Positions 8,633-16,549 of a stretch of 64,000 bases of DNA are shown here, piece by piece. The DNA lies in NCBI GenBank assembly GCA_041651355.1, contig JBAZJK010000001.1:357883-421882 (forward strand), read 5' to 3'. Below the pieces are notes generated by a model. It was not told where the DNA came from. It did no database searches and saw nothing but the letters and a program-made list of their open reading frames with translations. Position 1 is the stretch's first letter, and each line of letters opens with the position of its first letter. The stretch comes from Patescibacteria group bacterium. GTDB lineage: Bacteria; Patescibacteriota; Patescibacteriia; Patescibacteriales; UBA12465. The translations under genes were made by a program, and so were the position numbers.

Positions 8633-8866
8633 TTGACTTTTTGCTAATTATCAGCTATAGTAATAGTGTAGTTAACAATACAAACTCGAGTGCGGAGTAT
8701 AACAGCACCATTTATTTCTTTCACTTCGTGTGAATAGGCAATCAGGGAAATCTGCTGAGAGCCAAATGTAATAAATGACTAATCGTTAAAGCGGTTGGGA
8801 GATTTCATTCTAAGAGATAGCAATATCTTTTGGGTAAATCTCTTAGCCGCTTTTTTTGTCGGCTTA
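8633..8866 (+). promoter_or_regulatory. Unclassified 5' leader: sigma70-like promoter plus long terminator hairpin upstream of an RBS (riboswitch/attenuator candidate)
   Basis: The promoter is TTGACT (8633-8638), N17, TATAGT (8656-8661). The stem GCGGTTGGGAGATTT (8791-8805) pairs with AAATCTCTTAGCCGC (8836-8850), including G:U pairs, and is followed by T7. Then comes TAAGGAGGTGATAAATATG. Confidence 0.45.
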
Positions 8867-8887
8867 GCTAGTAAGGAGGTGATAAAT

Positions 8888-9274
8888 ATGGAAAAAAATA
8901 AAATGGAAATAATTCAAATGACAAAACCAGTTCAGTGCCATTTATGGATAAATGATAATGTTTGCCGAGATGACCTGGGTTGCGATAGTCTTGAGTTAAT
9001 CGAAACATTTGTGGACGAAAGTCATTATTCTCGTTGGCTGGTTCAATGTAAAGAATGCGGACAACTATATTTTAAAGAATTTTATGAAGAAATAGACTGG
9101 ATCGATGGCGAAGACCCTCAATACGTAACTTTTGTGCCAGTAAAAACTGCTGCCGAGATTGAAAAATTAAAAAAAACTAATATATTTGAGATTATGCTAT
9201 TTCAGCCCTGTCTGAGAAAGGATTATCCTAAAGGGGCTGATAAACCAAAAGTATATTGGCTAGGAAAAAATTAA
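8888..9274 (+). CDS. Hypothetical protein (128 aa from ATG 8888)
   Basis: A strong RBS (AAGGAGGT) lies 6 nt upstream of ATG 8888. The track start at 8795 would run through the terminator hairpin. Confidence 0.5.
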   Translation: MEKNKMEIIQMTKPVQCHLWINDNVCRDDLGCDSLELIETFVDESHYSRWLVQCKECGQLYFKEFYEEIDWIDGEDPQYVTFVPVKTAAEIEKLKKTNIFEIMLFQPCLRKDYPKGADKPKVYWLGKN

Positions 9275-9285
9275 TATTAAAATTT

Positions 9286-10071
9286 ATGTTTAAGATTTAC
9301 ACAACAAAAATTCAAAAAGCAATTAAATTTGCTGCTAAAACCCATAACCAATACCAACAACAGAAGCGCAAGGGAAAAGAAATACCCTATATAACCCATC
9401 CCTTAACAGTTGGAATGATTTTATCCTTAGCTAAAGTCTCTGAGGATGTTGTTGTGGCTGGTATTTTACACGACACGATTGAAGATAGTATTGATGAAAA
9501 AAAAGTGACAACCAAGATGATTAAAGAAAGATTTGGGAAAGAGGTATTAAAACTTGTTTTAAGTGTTACCGAAGAGGATAAATCTTTATCCTGGGAAAAA
9601 AGAAAAGCTGAAGCGCTAGAACATATTAAAGATTTTTCTCATGAAGCTATTTTAGTTAAGTCGGCTGATGTTATAAGTAATGTTTCTGAGCTTATTGATG
9701 ATTATGAAAGATATGGCGATGATGTTTTTGAACGTTTTAATTCTTCCAAAGAAGAGATTGTCCATAGTCAATTGAAAGTTATAAGCGCACTAATTAGTCG
9801 TTGGCCCGAAAGTCCATTGGCGCGAGATCTTAAATTTTTGGCCAGTGATTTAAGTCGGATTGAGAGGTTGGAATTTATGAAAAATCACCCAGCCCCAATT
9901 ATTGAGTATAAAGATTATAATGAAAATATGAAACTAAAATGTCCGATATGTGGTTGGAAGGGAACGCCAAAAACAAGTGATTACGTAAATACTGATAGTC
10001 ATTTTTGTCTCGATGTCTCTTGTCCTGTGTGTGATAAAATGCTATTAGTAGCTAACTATCCCAAAGTATAA
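9286..10071 (+). CDS. HD-domain protein of the RelA/SpoT hydrolase type (small alarmone hydrolase-like) with a C-terminal zinc ribbon
   Basis: Motifs are KGKEIPYITHPLTVGMIL...VVAGILHDTIEDS...FGKEVLKLVLSVTE...VKSADVISN, with C-terminal CPICGW...CPVCDK. An ATG at 9286 lies inside the track ORF 9256-10071. Confidence 0.7.
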   Translation: MFKIYTTKIQKAIKFAAKTHNQYQQQKRKGKEIPYITHPLTVGMILSLAKVSEDVVVAGILHDTIEDSIDEKKVTTKMIKERFGKEVLKLVLSVTEEDKSLSWEKRKAEALEHIKDFSHEAILVKSADVISNVSELIDDYERYGDDVFERFNSSKEEIVHSQLKVISALISRWPESPLARDLKFLASDLSRIERLEFMKNHPAPIIEYKDYNENMKLKCPICGWKGTPKTSDYVNTDSHFCLDVSCPVCDKMLLVANYPKV

Positions 10072-10125
10072 CGAGATTGATTAAATAGCTTAATTTTGTT
10101 ATAGTATAAATACAATTGAATAATC

Positions 10126-10235
10126 GTTTTATAAAGAGTGCAGCGAGGGAACTAGCCCGACGACCTGCCAGCAACCCCGGAGTAATCCATCCGGAAGGTG
10201 CTAATTCTAGCCCGATGAGGGAAAGATAAAGGTCG
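10126..10235 (+). promoter_or_regulatory. SAM-I (S-box) riboswitch aptamer
   Basis: Conserved blocks appear in the expected order: UUUAUAAAGAG, GAGGGAACUAGCCCGACGA, CAGCAACC, AAGGUGCUAAUUCUAGC, P4 CCC-GAUGA-GGG and GAAAGAUAAAGG (P1 closing). Compare the canonical CUUAUCAAGAG..GAGGGACUGGCCCGAUGA..CGGCAACC..GGUGCCAAUUCC..GAAAGAUGAG. Confidence 0.8.
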
Positions 10236-10257
10236 ATTTTTTATTTTCATAAATAAA

Positions 10258-10291
10258 AACTCTTTCCTTTGTTGGGGAAGAGCTTTTTTAT
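10258..10291 (+). terminator. Riboswitch expression-platform terminator
   Basis: The hairpin is CTCTTTCC (10260-10267), TTTGTT, GGGGAAGAG (10274-10282), followed by a T-run. The gene starts at 10309. Confidence 0.7.
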
Positions 10292-10308
10292 TATTAATAA
10301 CTAAATTT

Positions 10309-10596
10309 ATGAAAAAAGAAAATATCGAATTTATAAGAAAAACAGCCCCAGATGGTTCATTAGAAGATATTAAGGTTTATGGTTTAGAGAACGGGGAAGA
10401 ACAATATTATACAATTTTAGGAACGGGTTATGGGATTAATTTCGTTCACTGCTTTTCGATGGGCGCTAAGAACAAAGATAATTTCTGGGAAAGGGTATTC
10501 GCCTATAAAATTATTCCCAATAGAGATCCCGCTAATTTATTAGAGCGAGCAACGGGAGAGGACTATATTTCAGTTGAATTTTACGAATTAAGCTAA
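10309..10596 (+). CDS. Hypothetical 95-aa protein under SAM-I riboswitch control
   Basis: The ORF sits directly after the riboswitch terminator. No recognisable motif. Confidence 0.5.
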   Translation: MKKENIEFIRKTAPDGSLEDIKVYGLENGEEQYYTILGTGYGINFVHCFSMGAKNKDNFWERVFAYKIIPNRDPANLLERATGEDYISVEFYELS

Positions 10597-10654
10597 ATTT
10601 AGCATTTTATCAGCAGAGTGCTATAATTAAGATAATAATAAATAACATAAAAAT

Positions 10655-11083
10655 ATGTTTAAGCTTTCAAAAGCCACAATTTACAAAATTTTACCACTAG
10701 CCATTCTTTATTTACTGCTAATTATCTCTTTTCTTGGACGGAGTGATTATGAATACTTAATTGTTCTAATAGCGGCAATTCCATTGGTTGCTTATATATT
10801 TACAGAGGATGGTAAACTTAAAAAATATCTTCAGTATGTTTTGTACATTTTTGTCGCAGGAATTATTGTTTATTGGATATTCGGTTCTTATGGCTGGGTT
10901 TGGTCAATATTTCATGGTTATTTTACTTTTTCTTGGCCTTCTTGTTTTTTTACTGGATGCTACGGTGAGACCGGATGGAATGTATTTATTCAAAGTGGTA
11001 TTTTTCAAGGTGATTTAAAGGTTTTATTCTATTTAGGAATTATTTATTTGGCTATTAAAAATAAAAACAGGATTAAGGTTTAA
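10655..11083 (+). CDS. Integral membrane protein (about 4 TM)
   Basis: There are hydrophobic segments throughout the 142-aa ORF. The internal ORF 10788-11018 is rejected. Confidence 0.5.
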   Translation: MFKLSKATIYKILPLAILYLLLIISFLGRSDYEYLIVLIAAIPLVAYIFTEDGKLKKYLQYVLYIFVAGIIVYWIFGSYGWVWSIFHGYFTFSWPSCFFTGCYGETGWNVFIQSGIFQGDLKVLFYLGIIYLAIKNKNRIKV

Positions 11084-11087
11084 AATA

Positions 11088-12644
11088 TTATTTATTATTA
11101 GCCATACTAGTTCGAACTTCGTCCACGACCCCGAGCATTGAAGAAAAATCGCTTTTATTTGTGATTTCTGAGAGCTGTTTATATGGCTCTTTGAATGAAA
11201 TATTGGCGATTTTTTTGTTGCCGATTTCGGCGTTCCAAAGTAAGGAAAATAAGACTTCTCGTTTTTTCTCAAGAGATAGGGTCAGAAAGCTATTTTTCAG
11301 TCTTTTAGGCTCTAAAAACACATTTTTTATCCGTTCCAAAGTATCCGTGCCTGCCTCTTTCAGTTTTTCTTTTAAGTCGCTTAAATCTTTTAAAGAGTTT
11401 ATCTCTTCGTTGTTTAGTTGCTTATCCTTGGCCTCATAAACGGCCTTGTCTAGGGTTTTATCAAGGTAGGCGTCAAGCAGAGTATTTCGTCTTTCTTTGA
11501 GCTTGGCGAGCCTATTTTTTAGGGTTAACTCAAGTTCTTCTAAATAGTTCAGATTATTATTTCCTTGTTCTTTTTTAGTCTGATAGCAAAGCTCGATTAA
11601 CTCGTCGTCAAATATTAGCTTATCAAACACGCCCAGTAATTCTTTATCTAAATAATCCTCGGTTAAATAGACTTTATGCTCTTCGCAAGTATTCTTGCCG
11701 TTGGTGCAATAGTAATAAATATGTTTACCTTTCTTTAGTGTGGCTGTTAGCAGACAGCCACACTTGGCGCATTTGAGCAGTCCCCGAAAAGCAAAAGGAA
11801 TTATTTGGCTTTTTACATGTTTTTTAACGCCTAAAATAACTTGGACATCGTCAAATAATGCTTTAGTTATGATCGGCTCGTATTTGCCTAAATACTTAAC
11901 GCCGTCTTTTTCCATAATTCCGCAGTAGAAAGAATTGCCTAATATAGTATGAATGGTACTGGGATAATATTTCTTTCCGCCCCGACTTCTGAATCCGTCT
12001 TCATAAAGAATTTGCGATATTTCTTTTACCCCATACCGACCAGTATTATACATCTCAAAAACTCGTCTGATAAATTTAGCCCGATGTTTATCAACGACAA
12101 TTTTTAAGTCTTTATTTAAATAACCGATAGGCGCAAGATTCGGCCAATAGCCTTGAGATAGTTTCGCTCTAATTCCTCGTTTAACATTTTTACTTAAATC
12201 TAAAATAAACTGGTTAGCCATTCCACTTTCAACATTAAATAATAGAGCATTATCGCCAGGCAGATATTGCCGTTCCATTGTTTGGATTATCTTTAATTGG
12301 TTTTGTTGTAAGAGCCATTGAATAATAGCCGAGTCGATTGGATTACGAGAAAGACGGTCAATCTTCCAACAGATAACGCCGTCAATTTTACCTCGCTTGA
12401 TCAAATTGATAAGTTCGGAAAATTGTGGTCTATTATCTGGTTTCTTGGCCGATTTACTTTCTCGAAAAGTTTGGATAATTTCTAAACCTAAATTATCCGC
12501 CATTTTAAGCATTTCTTGTTCTTGAGAATCCAAGGACAAGACTTGCCGATTATCGTCTTCGGTCGACTTTCGGCAGTAGAGGGCGTATTTAATTTTTTGG
12601 TCGTTATTTGTCATATTTTTAGTAAAGTTATAAAATATTAGCAT
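11088..12644 (-). CDS. Large serine recombinase 1 (phage-integrase type)
   Basis: The N-terminal resolvase domain shows YALYCRKSTEDD..SLDSQ and CWKIDRLSRN. A recombinase domain follows, then the zinc ribbon CAKCGCLLTA..YYYCTNGKNTCEE and a C-terminal coiled coil. An alternative start is the ATG at 12614. Confidence 0.85.
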   Translation of the reverse strand: MLIFYNFTKNMTNNDQKIKYALYCRKSTEDDNRQVLSLDSQEQEMLKMADNLGLEIIQTFRESKSAKKPDNRPQFSELINLIKRGKIDGVICWKIDRLSRNPIDSAIIQWLLQQNQLKIIQTMERQYLPGDNALLFNVESGMANQFILDLSKNVKRGIRAKLSQGYWPNLAPIGYLNKDLKIVVDKHRAKFIRRVFEMYNTGRYGVKEISQILYEDGFRSRGGKKYYPSTIHTILGNSFYCGIMEKDGVKYLGKYEPIITKALFDDVQVILGVKKHVKSQIIPFAFRGLLKCAKCGCLLTATLKKGKHIYYYCTNGKNTCEEHKVYLTEDYLDKELLGVFDKLIFDDELIELCYQTKKEQGNNNLNYLEELELTLKNRLAKLKERRNTLLDAYLDKTLDKAVYEAKDKQLNNEEINSLKDLSDLKEKLKEAGTDTLERIKNVFLEPKRLKNSFLTLSLEKKREVLFSLLWNAEIGNKKIANISFKEPYKQLSEITNKSDFSSMLGVVDEVRTSMANNK

Positions 12645-12645
12645 T

Positions 12646-13053
12646 ATGAATAATTTTCAATACAAAGCGGATTATAATTATTTCCTCAAGAAATTAGCTG
12701 ATGGCGACAGAATCTTATTTAAAAAGAAATTTCTAAAAATGTTTGATTTTAGGAATCCGCAAGTCAAGAGGAAAGAATTTAATCTAATCAGAAATAAGGT
12801 TTATAAAGAATTAGTTTCAAAATACGGAGAAAAATGCCAATTAAATTTATGTTCGGATTGCAGTAAGATAAAATCTTTTGATGTTGATCATTCCATTCCG
12901 CTCTCAACAAATAAGCTTAATAAACTCTTGAGAAAATTAGAGCCAGAGGTCGGGAAGAAAGTCGCTAGTCAAAGTTTCGGCTCTAATAATATTCTTAACT
13001 TAAGGATAGCTTGCAAGAGGTGCAACTCTTTTAAAAAGCATAAAATCCTCTAA
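12646..13053 (+). CDS. Free-standing HNH endonuclease
   Basis: The motif is CSDCSKIKSFDVDHSIPLSTNK...NLRIACKRCNSFKKHK. Confidence 0.7.
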   Translation: MNNFQYKADYNYFLKKLADGDRILFKKKFLKMFDFRNPQVKRKEFNLIRNKVYKELVSKYGEKCQLNLCSDCSKIKSFDVDHSIPLSTNKLNKLLRKLEPEVGKKVASQSFGSNNILNLRIACKRCNSFKKHKIL

Positions 13054-13236
13054 AAAATCAAAAAGGGCAGTCCTGGTTGCCCTAACTCAAAACTAGCCCA
13101 AAAGCTAATTTATCGCTAAGCAGAACTGCCCATTTTAAGCGACAAATAAATGTCCTCTATAAAAAAGGCTTCTGGGCAACACAGTATTGAGTTAGAGCAA
13201 CGCTTTTAATATATCAAAGAACGAGTCTAAAATCAA
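13054..13236 (-). ncRNA. Structured RNA motif, copy A (promoter, P2-P3-P4 hairpin, loop-complementary tail)
   Basis: The minus-strand promoter is TTGATT (13231-13236), N17, TATATT (13208-13213). P2 is 13187-13200 with 13077-13090. P3 is 13168-13177 with 13096-13105. P4 is 13138-13142 with 13113-13117. Loop segment 13121-13131 pairs with tail 13065-13075, followed by U5GAU6. The single mismatches in P2, P3 and the loop-tail helix are G:U on the minus strand. Confidence 0.6.
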
Positions 13237-14177
13237 GAATAAGTTTCCAGTATCTCGTTAATGCGATTTTCGGCGTGCGGATTATTGGATAAATCGTATT
13301 GCCAGTAATTGAGCCAACGCAGATAATTTTTCGGCTGTCCGACTTTATCGTTAATATCGCTATTGTTATATTCCGTCTCGCCGTCTCGCTTATAGACCAG
13401 GCAATCCAAGGGAATTTCCGACTCAATTAAATCAATCACTTCTTCAAAATATTGCTCCTGCGGTTTGAGCAGACCTTTGCTCGTGATGTATTTCTTTTGT
13501 CCTGGAAATTGATTATCAAAAATAGATTTTTGAATATACTTAATAAAGTAATCAATAATTTTCTTAAGCTGATCTTGGTTTTTAATCTTTTTAAAATTCT
13601 GTTCTTTTCCGCCGACCATAATCCTGCCTTGCCCCCAAATATCTCTTAACTTATCATAGATATTTTTAATATAGGGCAGATTGAAAAATATCATATGATA
13701 ATGAATAGCTCCTCGCTCTTGGAGTTCAAATACCGCTAAGTATTTTAAATTACTCTGCTTTAAATCTTTGCCCTCAATTCCGTTGGTTTCATAATTTAAT
13801 CTACGAATGAATTTGGTAAATTCATAGTTAGCCTGTTTGAGGTCTTGGATATTTTCCTTAAAGGTTAAAGTCAGAGTAATCGGCAAATAGGGTTTATTAT
13901 TATTCTTAAACCATTTAAAGCTATTGGCGTATATCAACCTCTTAATCATCCTTTTAGATCGCCTGCAGGACGATTTGAGGATGTCTTCAAGACTGGACGG
14001 CTCTTTATGGCGCAAGGCTTCTTCTTCGGGAGTTCTCGATTTGCGGAGTTTACGCCCCAACATAATATCCGCTCCGAATTTATAGACCTCTACTAAACAA
14101 CCCGATTTAACCAGTTTCTTTCTGGTCGGATAATTGAGTTGAATTTCTACCCCGAATTGGTCTTTATAGTTTTTCAT
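13233..14177 (-). CDS. HUH rolling-circle replication initiator (Rep), two-tyrosine type
   Basis: Motif 1 is ITLTLTF, motif 2 is GAIHYHMIFF (HUH) and motif 3 is DYFIKYIQK (Y-x-x-K-Y-x-x-K, as in the phiX174 gpA type). Confidence 0.75.
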   Translation of the reverse strand: MKNYKDQFGVEIQLNYPTRKKLVKSGCLVEVYKFGADIMLGRKLRKSRTPEEEALRHKEPSSLEDILKSSCRRSKRMIKRLIYANSFKWFKNNNKPYLPITLTLTFKENIQDLKQANYEFTKFIRRLNYETNGIEGKDLKQSNLKYLAVFELQERGAIHYHMIFFNLPYIKNIYDKLRDIWGQGRIMVGGKEQNFKKIKNQDQLKKIIDYFIKYIQKSIFDNQFPGQKKYITSKGLLKPQEQYFEEVIDLIESEIPLDCLVYKRDGETEYNNSDINDKVGQPKNYLRWLNYWQYDLSNNPHAENRINEILETYS

Positions 14178-14213
14178 ATTGTTCTAATTAGATGTTCTTT
14201 TTAACAAGGATAA

Positions 14214-14263
14214 CTTTTTTCTTTTCGGCTCCCCCTACGGGGGATCCGCCGAAAAGAAAAAAA
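14214..14263. repeat. Long near-perfect palindrome between the 66-aa ORF and Rep (origin or terminator candidate)
   Basis: CTTTTTTCTTTTCGGC (14214-14229) pairs perfectly with GCCGAAAAGAAAAAAG (14248-14263). The inner stem is TCCCCC-TAC-GGGGGA. Confidence 0.7.
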
Positions 14264-14266
14264 GAG

Positions 14267-14467
14267 TTATTCCTTGGTAATAAATAGGTCATATAAATGA
14301 GCCAAACTTAATAAATATTGCTCGGCCTCATCGTCTTTGACTTCACGCCCAAACTTACGGCTGAAATAGACCTTGGCACGGGTGCGGAGTTGTTCGGACA
14401 GGGAGTACATAAAAAAAATGAGATTAGATTTAACTAATCCCATTTTAAAATAAGAGCCTTGCGCCAT
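14267..14467 (-). CDS. Small hypothetical protein (66 aa or shorter)
   Basis: The ORF lies between the 320-aa gene and the palindrome/Rep. No motif. Confidence 0.35.
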   Translation of the reverse strand: MAQGSYFKMGLVKSNLIFFMYSLSEQLRTRAKVYFSRKFGREVKDDEAEQYLLSLAHLYDLFITKE

Positions 14468-14503
14468 CTTGCATGCAAAGCTCTTTAGCCTATTTTATTA
14501 TTT

Positions 14504-15466
14504 TTACAGGTGTTTTTGGTTAATTTTGCACCAACCGAGTTTTTCCGTGGAGTATATCAGAAAGTCGTTTATATTATCTCTTGTGTCTTTCTCGATTTTT
14601 TTGTTTAAGTTATCGCAGGCGTGCCTGAACTTATTCCAGTCTTTAGCCTTGTCATATTCTTCTTTAAGAAAATCTTTGGATATTTCCGAGAAATCAGCGG
14701 GATCGGAAATATCGTCTTTAGAGAAAATACACTCTAAAATATAATGGTCTATCGGTCTGTCTTTCTGCCTAGCGATTTTAATCTCTTCGCCTCGGATATT
14801 AAGCAGACTATTATCCTTGTCAAAAGAAATGGGAGGTTTTGGTTTGCTGTGAGCTAAAAATTCCTCGGCACCAATAGTATCAAGGATGTATTTGCCTACT
14901 AATCCCATACATTCCAAATGGAACGAGGCGGTACTGACGGTAGTGCTTTTTAATTCTCCTTGGGTATCTTTAACATTAATCGGAGCAAGCGAAAAAGACT
15001 CTTCTTTGGCTATTTGAGCCAGTCTGTTAGCCTCTTCGGGGTTATTTGACTTAATGCTGTCTTGGGCTTTGGCCATTAAATCATAAACAACTAGTAAGTC
15101 GAGCAGATAGATAGGCAAAAGAATAAAAATATTAAGGTCTTCTTGGCTTTTTATCTTTTTCTGCCACGAGTCATTTTCTTGTTTAAAAATAGGAATTGCC
15201 GAAGAATCCACGGGATTTTTCAAATCAAAAACCATTTTACTGGGGTCATATTTATCTAGCTCCTTAGTTTTTTTCATTTGGAGCATAATCTGTTTTTGGC
15301 TTTCGGCTCGTTCTAAAACATCGCCTAGTATCTTTTGAATATATGGCTCGGATTTTAAAAAACCAACAAAGTCAAAAATAATTCTAAAGCCCTCGAAAGT
15401 ACCAGAATTATCTTGGTATTGGCTGATAAATGATTCTATTTTATTTTTGATTTTATCGGTAGTCAT
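14504..15466 (-). CDS. Hypothetical protein; C-terminal domain paralogous to ORF 2568-3377
   Basis: A 320-aa ORF. See the shared blocks listed for 2568-3377. It is the first gene of the leftward unit ending in Rep. Confidence 0.5.
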   Translation of the reverse strand: MTTDKIKNKIESFISQYQDNSGTFEGFRIIFDFVGFLKSEPYIQKILGDVLERAESQKQIMLQMKKTKELDKYDPSKMVFDLKNPVDSSAIPIFKQENDSWQKKIKSQEDLNIFILLPIYLLDLLVVYDLMAKAQDSIKSNNPEEANRLAQIAKEESFSLAPINVKDTQGELKSTTVSTASFHLECMGLVGKYILDTIGAEEFLAHSKPKPPISFDKDNSLLNIRGEEIKIARQKDRPIDHYILECIFSKDDISDPADFSEISKDFLKEEYDKAKDWNKFRHACDNLNKKIEKDTRDNINDFLIYSTEKLGWCKINQKHL

Positions 15467-15569
15467 AGTTTTATTTTGGCATAAATTAGGGCTTATGGCA
15501 ATTGGCTAATTTTTGATTATTTTAGGGTTTTATGGTATTTTAGAAATATAATATTTATTATAAAACCTT

Positions 15570-16157
15570 ATGAAATTACTAGAACAAATATCATTGTTAA
15601 AATGGGATTTACGAAAGCAGGAATATAAAAATATTTTTTCCGATAAAAAATGGCTACCCGACCACCCCACGCAAAATGCTATAGCTTTTTCTGATAGCAT
15701 AGATAATAGACAGGTTTCTGTGTCTGCATATTTTCTTACTGATAATCAAGATAAATTAGGTAAAATTGGCATATCTTTTGAAGATATTCAAACGGATATC
15801 GAACGCAAAGATATATATGAAAATTTGGTTAGAACTTTAAGCGAAAAATATGGTGATTTTAAATATTCAACCACAATGCCAAGGATAAATACTCCCATAG
15901 AATATCGTTTTTCAGAATCAATTCGATGGGCAACGGATGATACGATTGTCGAAGCCACTCTAATATTATCTGAGTGCGGTTCTCCTAATCCTGGTTTAGG
16001 AATTATTTTTTATGATAAAAAAAATGATCCTCTCATGAAAGAGTTTCCTGATTATGCGAGTCCAAACTATGAATCAAGCCCTATAACTGGTAAAAATTTT
16101 AGGCCGTTGTCAGAGGAGCAGATTAATCAGATTAAAAAAGCAACAGAAGATAAATAA
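15570..16157 (+). CDS. Hypothetical protein (195 aa)
   Basis: The first gene of a tightly spaced 5-gene plus-strand unit. Confidence 0.45.
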   Translation: MKLLEQISLLKWDLRKQEYKNIFSDKKWLPDHPTQNAIAFSDSIDNRQVSVSAYFLTDNQDKLGKIGISFEDIQTDIERKDIYENLVRTLSEKYGDFKYSTTMPRINTPIEYRFSESIRWATDDTIVEATLILSECGSPNPGLGIIFYDKKNDPLMKEFPDYASPNYESSPITGKNFRPLSEEQINQIKKATEDK

Positions 16158-16175
16158 TTTTAAGATTATAAAATT

Positions 16176-16535
16176 ATGAAAAAATGTCCATTTTGTGCCG
16201 AAGAAATACAAGAAGAGGCGATTAAATGTAAACATTGCTCATCGGATTTATTATTTGGAGATGCTGTAAATAATTCAGCAAATCCTGTAGTTGAAAATAC
16301 CGAGAAAGGTAAAATAAGAACATTGACCTGTCAACAATGTGGCGGAGAAATGGTAAGAAAAAAAGTTGCTACAAATAATTCGTCAGCCTGTATATCATTT
16401 GTTTTAGGGATTATATGTCTACTATTTTTTTGGCCGTTAGGCTTAATATTGATTATTATAGCTTTAATTTTAGGAGCGACCTCTAAAAAGTATTGGGTAT
16501 GTAAAAAATGCAGTTGTAAAATTGAAAAATTATAA
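16176..16535 (+). CDS. Zinc-ribbon membrane protein
   Basis: Cysteine pairs are [12 protein letters not shown] and CQQCGG. The C-terminal TM segment is [30 protein letters not shown], followed by CKKCSC. Confidence 0.5.
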   Translation: MKKCPFCAEEIQEEAIKCKHCSSDLLFGDAVNNSANPVVENTEKGKIRTLTCQQCGGEMVRKKVATNNSSACISFVLGIICLLFFWPLGLILIIIALILGATSKKYWVCKKCSCKIEKL

Positions 16536-16549
16536 AAAAATATAAATCT

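Noticed and set aside
8700-8790. TPP riboswitch, suggested by a GCUGAGA box in the 8.7-kb leader
   Set aside because: The ACCUGAUCUGGAUAAUGCCAGCG-type pyrophosphate-sensor helix and the GGGG pairing partners are absent. The leader is left unclassified.
11033-11928. ORFs 11033-11272, 11161-11439 and 11740-11928; likewise 19534-19719, 19619-19852 and 20235-20438
   Set aside because: They are antisense or out of frame within the two serine recombinase genes.
13214-14744. ORFs 13214-13426, 13452-13649 and 14469-14744
   Set aside because: They lie inside or antisense to the Rep gene and the 320-aa gene.
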